In this document: piece after piece, positions 62,690 through 64,000 of the stretch
Position numbering within the stretch: the stretch's first letter is position 1
Layout: each line of letters begins with the position of its first letter
IMG/VR virus record: IMGVR_UViG_3300032304_002285
Coordinates: 116,759-180,758 of that record
Strand: one strand, 5' to 3'
Source: a virus
DNA: 64,000 nucleotides
Notes under the pieces: generated by a model
Databases searched by the model: none
Told to the model about the DNA's origin: nothing
Seen by the model: only the letters and a program-made list of their open reading frames with translations
Position numbers and translations under genes: made by a program

Positions 62690-63172
62690 ATGAGAATGTT
62701 CATGGTCATGGGTGCTCTGGTTCTGGCGTTGTTTGGTGCTGGTTGTGCGACAACCGGTGGGAGTACGGGAGAGACAAGCAATAAGGTTTGGACTTATAAC
62801 CTTCAGATGTCTCTGGCTCGTTCTGGTGGTGACGTTGCCATGACAATGGCACTGGATCAGGGTGTTGACAAGGTTGATGCTGTTCGGCTTTGTGATGCCC
62901 TTATTGCCTTCTTGAAGGGAGGGGACGTTACCGTTGCTGCTTTCAATGCCAAGGTTGCGGATCTTACGGCTAAGAGTCCTCAGTTTGGAAAGTTTGTTAA
63001 TAAGTTGAATTCGGCTGTTCCTCTTGGCTTGGGTAAGGCTGAGCAGATTCCTCCTGAGGTTAAGGACGTTCTTCTGTCCTTCTTGGAGGACGGTGCTGTT
63101 TACGGGGCTGGGAAGTATAAGGACGGGATGAAGCTGAAGATGGTGAAGGCGAATGAGGCTGTGAAGCCTTAA
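62690..63172 (+). CDS. Lipoprotein
   Basis: MRMFMVMGALVLALFGAG-C lipobox; GGAG SD. Confidence 0.75.
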   Translation: MRMFMVMGALVLALFGAGCATTGGSTGETSNKVWTYNLQMSLARSGGDVAMTMALDQGVDKVDAVRLCDALIAFLKGGDVTVAAFNAKVADLTAKSPQFGKFVNKLNSAVPLGLGKAEQIPPEVKDVLLSFLEDGAVYGAGKYKDGMKLKMVKANEAVKP

Positions 63173-63194
63173 GGTTGGCTTATTATTCGAGCAT

Positions 63195-63237
63195 AAAGGG
63201 TTAGAGTTGGGGTTTCCTGACTCTAGCCCTTTTGTTT
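63195..63237 (+). terminator. Rho-independent terminator
   Basis: AAAGGGTTAGAGTTGGG/CCTGACTCTAGCCCTTT plus T-tract. Confidence 0.88.
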
Positions 63238-63253
63238 AAAAGCCAAATTGGGC

Positions 63254-63261
63254 GGTATAAT
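63254..63261 (+). promoter_or_regulatory. GGTATAAT promoter candidate
   Basis: Follows the terminator and precedes ORF 63328. Confidence 0.55.
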
Positions 63262-63327
63262 AAATGTGAAGATGTTTGGATTTTTGAAGGATTTTAGTAA
63301 TAAGAGACAGAAAGGGAATGGTTGTTA

Positions 63328-63999
63328 ATGAAGAAAATGATTTATGTGCCTAAGGGTAGGGCTTTGGAGTATAGTCAGTTGGCTTGTGATCTGATTGAGG
63401 GTTGTGAGCACAAGTGTAAGTATTGTTATTGTCCGAAGACTTCAGGAGTTTCTCCTGAGGATTGGGCTTCTGATTTGAAGATTAGGGATGGATTGGTTGA
63501 TAGCTTCAAGAAGGAAGCGGTTAAGCATCGGGGAGAAGAGAAGGAAATTTTGTTCAGTTTCAAATCAGACATGTATCAGTCTGAAGAGACGGCTTCTTTG
63601 ATGGGGGAGATTCTTCCTATTTGTGAAGAAAACAAGTTAAAGATTCAGGTTTTGACGAAGGCTGGATTTCGTCTTGCAAAGCACTTTCATTATTTTGTGA
63701 GGAACAATTGGAAATTTGGAAGTACAATTATTTTTGTATCGGAGAAATTGAGAGAGCAGTGGGAACCCGGTGCTCCTTCCATTCAGAGTCGTATGGATGC
63801 GGTGAAGAAGGCAAGTGATTTGGGGATTTTCACTTGGGTTTCGATTGAGCCAGTTGTTGATACGGAAGAGGCTTTTGAGGTTATGATTGCTTTGAAGCCT
63901 TATGTTTCGTTGTGGAAGGTTGGGAAGTTAAATCATTTTCCTGAGATAGAGTCAAAAATAGACTGGAAAAGGTTTTTAATGGAAACCAAGAATATTCTT
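63328..63999 (+). CDS. Radical SAM protein (SPL/photolyase-like), runs off the window end; absent from the ORF track
   Basis: MKKMIYVPKGRALEYS...GCEHKCKYCYCP (CxxxCxxC), LTKAG and SIEPV. Confidence 0.85.
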   Translation, partial: MKKMIYVPKGRALEYSQLACDLIEGCEHKCKYCYCPKTSGVSPEDWASDLKIRDGLVDSFKKEAVKHRGEEKEILFSFKSDMYQSEETASLMGEILPICEENKLKIQVLTKAGFRLAKHFHYFVRNNWKFGSTIIFVSEKLREQWEPGAPSIQSRMDAVKKASDLGIFTWVSIEPVVDTEEAFEVMIALKPYVSLWKVGKLNHFPEIESKIDWKRFLMETKNIL

Positions 64000-64000
64000 A

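Noticed and set aside
1-64000. Genome-wide stop-codon reassignment
   Set aside because: TAA, TAG and TGA all end genes at expected positions and long genes are intact under code 11; only one internal TGA was found.
1-64000. tRNA, rRNA, tmRNA, CRISPR array or DGR
   Set aside because: No cloverleaf with T-loop consensus, no regularly spaced direct repeats, no reverse transcriptase or TR/VR pair seen by eye; a tRNAscan/Infernal run would be needed to exclude divergent RNAs.

Overview
This window looks like the replication and modification region of a jumbo (huge) phage, not a bacterial chromosome. Every credible gene is on the + strand and densely packed, and I found no rRNA, tRNA or CRISPR array. 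Replication, recombination and nucleotide genes: DnaB-like helicase (partial), DnaG, a Hel308/Ski2-like helicase split around a family-4 UDG gene, UvsY-like mediator, gp32-like SSB, RecA, 5'-3' exonuclease, Mre11/SbcD, a half-length Rad50/SbcC, DnaE, RuvC, CCA-adding enzyme, class II RNR with an intein, and two sigma-like factors. Two glycan-synthesis blocks (about 21.1-37.2 kb and 49.4-55.8 kb) encode roughly a dozen soluble glycosyltransferase-like proteins plus methyl-, cytidylyl-, amino- and acetyl-transferases; one glycosyltransferase carries a LAGLIDADG intein. Main leads: (1) a unit at 45.7-48.6 kb with a SAM-lyase-like domain, a DUF4258-like RNase fold and an Acb1-like 2H phosphoesterase, with a short amphipathic motif shared with the CCA enzyme that may be a packaging signal; (2) the helicase split exactly at motif V; (3) an A9 / A-AAA-AAG slippery site that would add a Cys4 domain to the SSB; (4) an in-frame TGA in the SAM-binding motif of a methyltransferase; (5) three candidate promoter classes. 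All family assignments come from motif recognition by eye, not from database searches.
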